64,000 nt of DNA, from NCBI GenBank assembly GCA_051362555.1, contig CM120641.1, positions 31,812,401 through 31,876,400 on the forward strand, read 5' to 3'. Position numbers and translations under genes: made by a program. A model generated the notes under the pieces. It was given only the letters and a program-made list of their open reading frames with translations. It was not told the DNA's origin and searched no databases. Each line of letters begins with the position of its first letter. Within the stretch, counting starts at the first letter, position 1. This document shows positions 14,037 to 25,455 of the stretch, piece by piece. This DNA comes from Lingula anatina (taxonomy: Eukaryota > Animalia > Brachiopoda).

Positions 14037-17000
14037 ATGGTTTTCGTCAAAAGTTTCATGGCGTTTCTTTCGCTTGCGTTTGTCTCTTTAAGCATAGATC
14101 AAAACATCGGCTATAGACAGCTAGAAAGAGTCATTCGTCAGTGCTTCAATGACATGAACCATGTGCAAACGGACAGGACAAGGTTTTCTGGTCACAGGCA
14201 ACTCGTGAAATGTTCATCGCTGAAACAAATGTGTACAACAGTCGCTGTCCCCAAAAATGAAACAACGTTGTTCATAAACGCCTCCTGTGGTTTTATAGAA
14301 ACGCTGAAGTTTAACCATGGCTTGAATTACCCGACATTTGTGCGTCACCGTTGGCAGATTATGGTGCCGACCCAGCACTTCGTGCGGTTAACACTTATAA
14401 ATTTTTCTCTCGAGTATTCTGGCGAGTTGTGCATATTTGACTTTTTAGCAGTTTTTAACAAATCTTGTGATGAAGGTAATCTTGTTGAGAAGTTGTGTGG
14501 TAATCTAGCACCTACAAACAAAACCAATTTGGACATTGACAGTAATCAAATCTGTCTCGAATTCTACAGCGACCAATACATCACTGACAAAGGTTTTAGA
14601 ATAGGATTTGAAGCCGTCAGTTTTATTAAGTGCTATTCCAAAAATCCAAACTTTCTAACCAGAGATGATGGTCAGTTATCAACGCTGTCCTCAACTGTGA
14701 CCACTATGTGCCCAAAGCACGTTATCTATCAGTGGCAACTCTCTGTGTCCGTGGGAGGACAGATTCAATTGTGGTGGAACATTAGTTCGAAACTGAATTC
14801 TGCCGAGGATCGGAACCATTTCAGGCTACGAATCTTTGAAGGTCCCTGTGAGACGACGTTGATTCATTATGACTCTAGTGTGGATTCAACTTCACCTTTG
14901 GCTGGGAGTGTTAAAATAATGAGCTGGAATATGTTCATTGAGTTGGAGTCTCTGATTAGCCAAAGCGTTCAATTCAGTGCGGTTTACAGAACAACGTTTC
15001 CGACAGCACTACCTTTTAGCTGCAGTGACGATGGCTCAATCAGTTGTTTTTCGTCAGGAAATAAAACATATCAGTTTCAAAAGCAAGATAACGGTTATCA
15101 GTTACAAATTCGTGTGCAAAACAATTTCGGATTACGACGCCATGATATTTCCATATTACCGAGTGAAGGTGGTTACATATTACTAGACCTGAAGAAATTA
15201 TTTTCTAGTGATAAAAGCGATTTTAGTCTGTTACATACACTTGGTGACCCTAAATGTGTATCTGCCGGATTAGTTTTGGTCGAGGGTATACAGATGGCAA
15301 ACTCTTCAGGAATACGCCTCGGTCCTATTTGCGAAGAGAGGAATGTCAAACATTGGCGCTCCTTAGAGATCTATCATGATCAGTATCTCTCGGGTTCTTT
15401 GTTATTCCGAGGAGGAATTCACATTTTACTCTACGTGTTCGACTACATGGGTGCCGCCAGCCCCCAGGAAACTACTACGGTTAACGTCCACTTTAAACTT
15501 GAGGATCACGGCACGAGGAGGATCAACCAAATTTCACCAAAGCTCGAAATTCACCAGCTCGAGGCTCTCTCATGTAAATTCAACACCGCCGCCGTAGAAG
15601 TTGAAACTGGAGTCAACAGTTTTCATTTGGGCAGAAACGAATCTTGCGGGATGACTGCCCAAACTTCTGAAGTCTTGTTTCATTCCTCTGTGTACTTACC
15701 TCAAAAAGATACCGTTGTGTATGTGACAAGATACAGCAATATAAGAGCCACTGCGTTCCAACATTCCCATCTCCCTCCAGTTCGACCGGACTGCAACCCC
15801 CTTACAGTGAACACAGATGCTTCTTCGGCTCTTACCTACGGTTTTTTTGCCACCAGTTCACGCCACCCGTCAAATATCAGCGAAAATGTGTCTTTGTCAT
15901 TTTATTTTTCAGAACGCTGTTATTTCTATTCAACTTATTATGCAATTACCGTTAACAACGTTCCTTTGGCGCGGCATACTTTTGGCGGGGATCAGCGAAT
16001 AGAGAATGAAATCAAACCAGTCATTTCCCTGTCTTCAGTAGAAATCTACAGCTACTGTTGGCACGCTAGCTTCCCAAATGTTTACTACAAAACCATCCTC
16101 CACTCCATTCGTAGTCAGTCCTTCTACCGTCTTGGGCTTGGTTCAAGTTGCAAAATGTTGTCGGATTGTATGTGCAGTTATCCTGAGCCTAAACTCTACA
16201 TACGGGAGGAATCGCTGATGGGTGTAGAAATAGGACGGAGTGTAATTCTGACCTTAGATCGTTCTATGGTGTGGACAGCAACGATCTCAACTCACCTGGT
16301 GGAAATGGTCCAGATTCCACATTCGCTGTTTGTTGAGAAGGTTTCAGATTTCACCATGTTTTATAAAGTTGATACTTATGCCAAAAATATAAATACCATT
16401 GGTGCAAACTTAACTGTGAGGAATGGGTCTCAGTTCTGTGTTGGCCCTTTGTGTTATTTCATGCTACAGGATAAACTTACTGATAAAAAAGGCTATTCCT
16501 GGGAAAAAGCTCGACAGAACTGCAAATCAGAAGGAGGAGACTTGGCAACATTTCAAGATCAGAGCTATCTGATAACACTGTTGTCGTTCATTGCAAGCTA
16601 TCCCAGTGAAAGCTGGTTTGAAAATATATATGACGAGCACCGCTTCATTGTGTTCGTAGGCTTACATACATCGAAGGTAAATACAAGTAATCAGGATTAT
16701 TATACCTGACTCCCCCCCCCCCCCCCCCAATCTGTATGCCTGTGAAAAATTCTGAAGTAATGGGCATATTTTACCGGGTATACGCTAAAGTTTAGATTGC
16801 ATTTGCCATGCAGAAGTCCGTGCGGTGTTCGTGTACTGTCCGAAAATCCTTTTTCGTGCGGCGTCTTTGCGGAGGCAGGCGGTGGCCGTGATAAATCATT
16901 TGAAATCGTAAGGATCCTTGACCGCTGTAACCTCTTCTATTTTGGCAAGCTAAATAAAAACTTTTGACAAATTTTTAAAATCGTATCCCCGCAGGACATT

Positions 17001-20000
17001 GCATTGCCGTAGATGACATCGCACATGTGCCCGTAAGGGTATTGGTGAATACGGTGATCGTGATAATGGTTAAACCTGTTGTTGGTCTTATTCCCTCCCA
17101 CCTTTGCTCGTTTTAGGATGCATAACAACAGAAAAGATGTTTAAAACTTAAATTGCATGATTTGGAATTTTCCGTAGGCCCTACTAGCCATGAACGATGT
17201 CAAAAAATCGTACGGAATATCATCAGGCGTTGCCCGTGGCAAATATAATCTATGCTTTATATCAGTACGGAGGTAATCGAACTATTAGAACATTGATATA
17301 TTTATTAAAATATTATAGCTATCATATGTCAGTTATTTCAAAAGTTTTTCATTCTTTTTATACGTGTTCATGATAAAGTCTCACTGGGTAAAAACCCAAA
17401 CGTTACTTGTTTGACCACCGTCCTGAGCAATGTGTATGGCGGACGATATTAAACTCATTTCAAGTACCTCACACAACCTTACCGTTTTTTTCCTCTTTCT
17501 TAGGGTCGCCAGGTCTGGGTTGACGGCAGCCAGATGGTATTTTCAGATTGGTCAGATTCTCTCTATGACAGACGGCACGTAGAGGAGCGTTTCCGCACGG
17601 CGTCTCAAGTAAACAACGGTGCCTACGCGGACTGGACGTTCCTGAGGCGATCTAGCGTCCTTGACGTGCGCCAGCCGATGAAAGATCGAGGTTTAGAGTG
17701 CACGGTAATGTTTGTCATCTCTCCACATTATTCAACAAACTGGGTTAAGGTTCCGTGTTCACACACTTTTAATGCTGCAACTGTTATTTGTAGCAAGGAG
17801 CCAGAAAAGGGTTGTTGCAGGACACAGGTTGTAACTCAGGATGTTACAATAACAAACAGCAGTTGTCCAGTGTTTCAGTTTACATGTGATGACGGATCAT
17901 GTATTGGTGAAGATCAAATATGTGATGGCGTCCAAGATTGCCCTGACGGCAGCGACGAGATATCTGTTAACTGCACTTCTAAACATATACAACAATGTAA
18001 GGATGGCGGACACTTGCCCTTGTCCAGGTTTTGCGACAGAATCATCGACTGTAAAGACGGTTCAGATGAAAATAATTGTTTTTATGCTGATTGCAAACAG
18101 AATGAATTCCAGTGTAAAAACGGGTATTGTATTTCCAAAGAAAAACAGTGTAATCTGTTACAAGACTGTTCTGACGGCTCAGATGAGCAATCTTGTGAAC
18201 AAGAATACAGAAACAGTTCGGATATTTACTTTTGCTTCACGAAGCACACTATCCCTTCTCAATATATAAATGACGGACATATCGACTGCGCCGGTCCGAT
18301 TGGAGAGGACGAGGCAGAGCGATTGCCCAGTCCGTGTGATAAATACAGTAAAAAATCAAAATTATTCTCCGTCATGAGATTAGACGATACGTCGCCATCC
18401 CCATCCTCTGATCCTCGCATTGAACATTGTTATCATGATTTAGATGATTTTAACGAACTCACGGGTTGTCGAAATGGAAAGCATTTAAATCAGTTCACCC
18501 ATAGGTTTGCGCATTCAATGGGCGTTCTCTACCAACCACTGTGCAAAGACTTTTTGTGTGAGAAATCAGGGTATGTTAAATGCCGGAATAATTATTGCAT
18601 TAATGTGAGAAGGGTTTGTGATGGAATACGCCATTGCCCAGACGGAAGCGACGAAATGGACTGTGAAATATATTCTTGTCCAGGATTGTTCAAATGTCGC
18701 AGTAAAAAATACTGTCTCCATCAGACTGAGGTCAGTGATGGTAAAGCTGATTGCAAATTCAAAGATGACGAGAAATTCCGTGGTTTTGTTTGTCCATCCA
18801 CGTGCGACTGTCTGGGGTATTCGGTACGCTGCGAAAACCAAAGGCTGTCTCAGATACCCGACTTGCTTAACCAATCTTTAGTGCGCGCACTTTACTTCAG
18901 CGGAAACTCACTGGTATTTCACAAAGGGTTTATCCATCTTTATAAATTGTTAATAGTTTTAGATCTATCTGATAACAAAATTGCTAACCTTGTCCCGGGA
19001 ATGTTTGAAGGTACTTTGAATCTACGAAAAATTGATATATCTAAGAATAATATTTCGAAAATAACAAAAGGGGTTTTCATAGGTCTGAGGGCACTAGAGG
19101 TTATTTTATTGGACCACAACCCGCTTATCACAATTGAAAGTGAGGCATTTTTTCAGATCCCATCCTTGAAATATCTCGATCTTTCCATGCTCGGAATAAG
19201 GCGGGTTAAAGATTGTGCTTTGAGCAATTTGCCACGTTTGGCATTTTTGAATATGTCAGGAAATAATTTAGAATATTTCAGGTCAAGTTCATTTTGCGGC
19301 AGTACTGCACTGGCGGCTTTCGATCTTTCAAACAATCCGATGACTGTAAATTCGTCGACCCTAAACGAACAACAGTTTGCATCAGTGTTTCTGCTAGCTG
19401 AACACTTTCTACTATGCTGCAGGGAACCGAATCCTAAAGTTTGTTTCCCTTCAGTAGACGGTCTAACTTCATGTCAGAAACTTCTACACGTTGAATATAT
19501 CGGCATAGTACAAATATCTTTTGTTTTCGTTGGTATTTTATGCAACATTTTGATGTGTGTTCTATGCCGATTCAAGGAACGGATTATAAAATGGACTTTG
19601 TTCATGGTTACCGTGTCGGAAAGTCTATTGGCAGTTACAGTTGGGACTGTTTTAAAGGAGCACTTAGAATCGCTTGGATCGTACTGGCTGACAGCGCAGC
19701 ATTGGGAGAGATCATTTCTTTGTTCTCTGGCCGTAATTCTGAACGTTTTCTCCTGTACCGTGGTCCCTTTCTACTTGCTATCGATGACGTGTTGCCTTGC
19801 GTTGCAAAAAAAGTATCAGAAGCGCTCTTTCTGGACGAAACTCAACGTCATATCGCAGTGTTTCATAACCGTTTTACTCCTTATCATTATTTGGTTCTCT
19901 GTCCAAAGCAGAAATGAAGATATTGCACCTCGTGGCTGGTCGCCTTTTATTATTAATAACAAGACGCTCTTTAATCAAGTGTCAAAATTTGTAATTACTG

Positions 20001-20374
20001 GATCTGTCGCTTCTTTGCTAGCAATGTTTTCAACGCTCTTCATCGCCTTTTCAAATGGCAGTCATCAAGATAAGTTTTCTTTTATTGAAACTTTTTTCGT
20101 AATATTCATTTCTTGTTTGACCGACTTCGTTCGATGGGTTCTATTGGTTTCAGCTATATCGATCAGTCATTTATCAGATATTACGGAAGCCTGGATCCAG
20201 TTAATGTGGCAAAGTGCTAGGCCTATTGTTTGTTTTGTTTTATACTTCTTGTTTCAAGAACTCAAACGTTGGTTAAAAGATGATCGTGAGACTTCAGTAA
20301 AAAGAATTAGCACAGCAAATAGTTTTACATTTGGTCGAGAAAGAAGCATAACCGAGACGAATATTGATGAGTAA
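14037..20374 (+). CDS. GRL101-like LDLa/LRR-containing 7TM receptor with N-terminal CUB and C-type lectin domains (~1836 aa, two exons)
   Basis: Exon 1 14037-16676 (AAG|gtaaat) and exon 2 17504-20374 (tctttcttag|GGT) join in phase 0 and rebuild a C-type lectin fold (SWEKARQNCKSEGGDLATF...VFVGLHTSK|GRQVWVDGSQMVFSDW...ECTVM...WVKVPC...VICSK). Other parts: signal peptide; CUB domain (NYP...W.I.V...VRLTL.NFSLE...C.FDFL.V...KLCG...LEFYSD....KGF); ~7 LDLa modules (CDGVQDCPDGSDE etc.) including the GRL101-type GCRNGKHL module; LRRNT CPSTCDC; ~7 LRRs; hinge LCC...C.P..D..TSC..LL; seven hydrophobic segments. Confidence 0.92.
16786..17259. mobile_element. MITE (~474 bp) filling over half of the receptor gene's only intron
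   Basis: 25-bp imperfect TIR (20/25): taaagtttagattgcatttgccatg versus the reverse complement of cgtggcaaatataatctatgcttta. Confidence 0.55.
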
Positions 20375-21072
20375 GGACAAACCAAGACATTTTTACGCGC
20401 CAAAACTTTTATGAGACTGTTATTATTTGTGCACTAAGGACTAAAGTTCATAAGATTTTTAAAAATTATTTGTCTGCTTGAAAAACTTTGTTACGGAAAA
20501 AATACTAGACAATACAGTCAAATTAAATATCACGTCTTCTTTAATTCAGTGTGGGGGTGACGACGGGGTGAAACTGGTTCAACTACAGGTGTATGGATAA
20601 GATACTCTCCTACGTACCCTTTTCGTTTTTTTGGAAAAGATATTAAAAAGTAGGGCCAATCAATGTTCAAGGACCCTAGTTTAAAACCAGCTCAGTGTTA
20701 CGCTTAGGTTGTTCAAACATTCTAAAAATTGCTCGGAGAAAAACGTACACTTGACCTATCCTCTTCCACGGTGGCAAATTATATAGGGAAAAACGGGCAG
20801 AACCAAATGACTGTCTATTTATCTAGAGATATATCTGTGAATATCTGTGAAAATCAATCTGGTAGAGGGTACATTTGACCATAGCCAGCCAGTGATATTC
20901 ATTATGTTGTTTTGTTTGGGGTAGGTAGGCTCTGGGATTTATTTCATGAATGGTGTGTTGTAAATATAACATTGGTCAAAAAGGTTGTCCCACCCCCATT
21001 TCCAAGTACTTTTATTTGCAAATAATCACCTCACAACTGTAAATTGTTAGAAATTGTGATTTTTTATTACAG

Positions 21073-21223
21073 ATACCGTGTCTAACATGATTATTGGTTA
21101 AAAAATACAACATAGTGGTGAAAATATACACATTTATACCATTTTTACTAAATGGTATAAAATGTGTATATTTTCACCACTATGTTGTATTTTTTTAACC
21201 AATAATCATGTTAGACACGGTAT
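21073..21223. repeat. Near-perfect palindrome, 72/74-bp arms with a 5-nt loop
   Basis: 21073-21144 is the reverse complement of 21150-21223 except for two single-base homopolymer length differences. Confidence 0.95.
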
Positions 21224-22564
21224 ATTTATAAGAGGTACCCCCTCAAATCCACTGTTTCACTGTGACTTCTACATATGTAAAGAAATGTCTATTAAATTGA
21301 AAAGACGCCATCAAATGTCACCAAATTGACACACAATTAGCATTAGGGTGTGTTCGTTATTTATGTTTGTTGTTGTTTTATTATGTTACGCATTTATGTT
21401 GCAGTAAATTGTAAATAAATCGATCAGATAGTGATGAGTTTCGAATAAAAAATGCACTAAATTCATCCTGCCTTCTCCCCATGAATCAGCTTATTCTCAT
21501 GAAAGAGATATCATTTCTTTATCACTTTCTGAGTAACCAGGGTGACTTTGGTGGTCCAGATAGCATTTGATACTAAGTATACGAATATATCAGTATTAAC
21601 CGATTAAGTACAACTTTTAAAGATATTAATGTTAGGTATTTGATGAAAAGACCTTTGTGATACATATATGATGTCTGAATGCTTAAAAGTGGTTTTGGTT
21701 ATGCCCCAACATTTCCACCATATTGTCTTCAGCTCTTCACAACTCATAAAAATGAAAAATTCAGTTCCCCTACATGTTAACTATTTTGAACACGGTAGAT
21801 ATATACTAGTAGCGTTAAAGGTTTTACGTGTGAAATAGCCAAGACGGGAAAATGCTGCGAAAAGTATCTTTTTGAAATCATAGATATAAGCATGTTGATA
21901 ATAAGTGACGAGTTGGTAATCGATTTTTATATTTTCATTTCCGATCATATTTTATACTTCTATTTCCGAGTTAAAGAATGTAATATAATTGTGCTAATTA
22001 AAATTTTTACAACCGTCTCATTTCAATACGTATTTAAGCTGGTTGATAGATATACTATAGAGACTTAGAAACGTGTTTTCTGATTGTTTCTTTATGCCAC
22101 AAGAGAGATACATGTATGAAAAGAGGTAGTTATTAAACTTGTGAGCAATTACTTTAAGAAAATGTATTCCTTTAACCAATTAAAATTTATGAAAAATTGA
22201 CATTATTATTATTATTATTATCATTTAATAGAATATTTTCCTAGTGTCAATGTTTAATTACATTTTTTTAGTACTGAGTCCACATATAAAATAATTTCAC
22301 TTTCTTTTAAATTGTGATATTTTGATTTTGATTTAAAGGCACACAGTGCTTGTCAGACTTTTATCAAGAAAATAATATCCTGAAAAAAAAATCAGAAATC
22401 CACCCCACTTCTTTATCACCAATTAAAGCATACCCTTATCCAATACCGTTGACAAAAGTACGATGTATGAAAGTTTTAAAAACTAATTGCCGAACAATCC
22501 GTCTCATTGCGTTGTACAATGGATATAAACCCGTTTTCGAGTTGTGATTTTCAAAATTTGTCGC

Positions 22565-22631
22565 CACTTACACATTTTTTTCTCGAGTATTCTGGCGAGT
22601 TGTGCAAATTTGACTTTTTAGCAGTTTTTAA
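22565..22631 (+). repeat. 67-bp copy of CUB-coding sequence from the receptor gene (source 14392-14458)
   Basis: Gapless alignment 63/67 identical; the core tctcgagtattctggcgagttgtgca(a/t)atttgactttttagcagtttttaa is 50/51. Confidence 0.9.
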
Positions 22632-22835
22632 ATTGGAGAGTATTTATTTTCATTACAAAAGGGGTTTTCTTGGAACTAAGAATGGGATTTACTGATCGTA
22701 ATGCTGTGAACTGTTTTGAATACTGTGCATGATGATTTACTGTTGAAATTTCTTGGGAGATTAAATGTTAGCTACAAATGGGACTAATGCTCAACGTGTG
22801 CCTTCAACGTTTGTTTTTACTTTAAGGATACTGGA

Positions 22836-23420
22836 AGGGTTTATCATCATCCGAAAATGAGTTTTTTCCTGCATCTAGTTATTCAATAATGCATCTACCT
22901 TTGTATAAAACTCTTGAAATATAAAAAATATCGGCGTTTAGATTTCTCATTGCTATGCATAAGCATACATGTAGGCGACTCAAAGAGCACAATCAGAAAA
23001 GCGGACTAACAGACCCGCGGATCAGATAAGGCGACCCCCTAAAAAGGTTGCCGCTTATTTCCTGATAAGACACTGAATATATTCCCCATGGGGACTACGT
23101 AACAAGCATTCAAGTGAGTCGGTCATATTTGATTCGATCGTTATGGGGTTATGAGCCCCTTATTACAGATTTTCATTAAACAAAGGCATTATTTTGTTTT
23201 GTCAACGATAAAATTTCAACTAAGGCTTTTAAGAAAACTCGCTGGTAGGGTTTTAGAGTACTAAATGGTATCATTAAATAGGCGTAAAAACTGTGTTCGT
23301 GGGTGCTTCGGTAAAAGAGTAATTAAAGAAACCGATTTTCCATTTTTATTCCAAAATCGCAATTATCATGTCACCCGTAAGATGGCATTTGTGTAAATGT
23401 TAATTAATTTAGTCACTAAA
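22836..23420 (+). repeat. Interspersed repeat (~580 bp); second direct copy at ~43549-44125
   Basis: Shared blocks in the same order: gaaaatgagttttttcc...ttattcaataatg.atctacctttgt; ggcgtttagatttct; cttattacagattttcattaaacaaaggcattattttg; taaggctttttaagaaaa. Confidence 0.8.
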
Positions 23421-24254
23421 TACTGAAAGTTTTAGAATGATGTAATCAATCATATTTGTTTCTTTTTGTGTTAACTTCTTTTTGCGTTTTTATCAAAAAT
23501 TCACAATAAAACCATGCTTACATTCTTACTTAACCAGTAAATAGATAAGCGCATATACACCTGTTTTTAGGTAAGCACACATATTCTTTACGTCAGCGAG
23601 CTTCCTAGAAAAAGAAATAGGTTACGACAGCTACAGACATGTTTATAAAGTATGTCTATGTATGAAAAATGATATTTGTAGTTTAATCATAGATAATGTA
23701 ACAACTTGACTTTGTTTAAAAAAATTAAAGAAGCATAAAAACAAATGTTGTGAGAATTCTGACTGAAGACTTTTTGTGTTGATCTATAGTCTAGTGGAAT
23801 TTTTGAAAAAAGGCTCTGCATAAAAAGCAAGAGGTATTGTGATGTAAAAGTTGAGAACGAGGCTTATAAGCATCATTTGGACATGCTGAATCCGATTAAA
23901 ACGGTTCCAAAGTGAAATATTGCGTTATTGTCTAATTTGCAAAAACAAAATGGCCGCCAGATTTCCAATTTTCTGCAATATCTCTGTAACTAAACGAGCG
24001 AATATGAAAAATGAAGTGTCTATACCTAAATTTTTAAGGCCAGGGAATATGATTAAGACATTTCTGATAGAATTAGATTTATTCAATTTTCCTACACACA
24101 CAAATAAGCAACCGCCATTACTGAAAACCCGTTATTCTCCTTTATCTCTGTAACTAGGCAACCCACACGTATGTTCTCAGGGTCAGGGAATGTGATACAT
24201 CAGATGTCAGATGCTCCTTTTTGCAAATTAACTACCTTTATTAACATATTCACT

Positions 24255-24990
24255 GGTTCCTGTTGATACTAAAAGAGTTTAATGGAGCCAATTGTCTATG
24301 AAGTCGCATGCATCACAAAGTTTGTACCTCAACCCAGATTTGTGGTATTTGCACCGAAGTGGCCTGAACTGTTTCTGGCAGGTGCATGAAATCAATTCTT
24401 GGCAACCTTCGGAAATTGGGCTCAATGACATGGGGATGGGCCTTAATCCTGATTAATTATGTTTCTATCCCATGTCGTCAGGTGCAGGAAGTTCAGGAAC
24501 GGGGCAGTGAGCATTTCTCCAGACCATCTCCATTGCTTGGTAATGTGCTTGCATCAAGTGGAAGCGGAGAGCACCGCTTGTTGATGGCATAACCTCCGGT
24601 CTACCCGGCCTTGCAAACAGGATATGTCTTGCTGCATCAACCGAGTCTGTTTTCTGCACACCGTATATTCTGCAAACAAACGATTCGACGACCTAATGGT
24701 CTTCTCTGTGAGTTCACCCATAACTAAGTCTGTGAGCAATTGATGGTGTACATTGAAGACTCTCCAAGATGACTTCTTGGTGAGATTTGCGATGTAGGAT
24801 GTGGTGTCTTTAATGCATGAAATGGTATCAGACCTGTTGCTGAATCTCACGATAGTCTTTTGAATGCATCAATGGGTATGTATCGCCGTTACTTTGTTGT
24901 ACCGGACATCATTTACAGGCGTTCGCATTGTACACGTGGAGAGTGGGAAACCAAAAGCACAGAAACATCCGTGTCCCTTGATTAGACAAC
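24255..24990 (-). pseudogene. Decayed ORF fragment of a transposon-like invertebrate protein family (DTDV / DTTS motifs, C-terminal CXC cysteine cluster)
   Basis: Read across stops and frameshifts: SRDTDVSVLLVSH...RYIPIDAF...DTTSYIANLTKKSSWRVF...DSVDAARHILF...PEVMPSTSGALRFHLMQAHYQAM..WRNAHCPVPELPAPDDMG*...PISEGCQELISCTCQKQ...RCKYHKSGL...CDAC. Adjacent DNA at ~23870-24200 (aaaatggccgcc motif) looks like the element's non-coding end. Confidence 0.75.
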
Positions 24991-25415
24991 TTGATTTTTC
25001 CAGCTTTTTGGAAGAGGCACATCACGACTCTTCATAAGTCGTCTGATAATCACTGTTACATGATACTCTTTTTTCATATAAGAGATTCAAGAAATTTGGA
25101 CAGTTCTGAAATAAGTTTATTCAGTACAAAAAATGTTTCGAGTATTTTAAAAAGTTTATTAAGATACTCAGGAGGAATAATAAGAAAATTATCATATCAG
25201 CGCCCTCTATCATTTATCGCTATCTTCACTAGCACAGTAGGATGAAATTCATGGACACCGTCACAATCATGTTAAGATAGGCTCTTGAGGTCAAATACTG
25301 TAGCATTTACACTGTTTTAACTCAACTTCCTCCTTTCTCCCGGACCATTACATACCTGTCAACATTGGCAATTGCCAGAGAGAGAGATTCCCGCGCACGA
25401 CCTACTCCCCCACCT

Positions 25416-25455
<40 letters not shown>

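Noticed and set aside
14345-19917. Short alternative-frame and antisense ORFs inside the receptor gene
   Set aside because: Shadows of the main CDS with no independent motifs.
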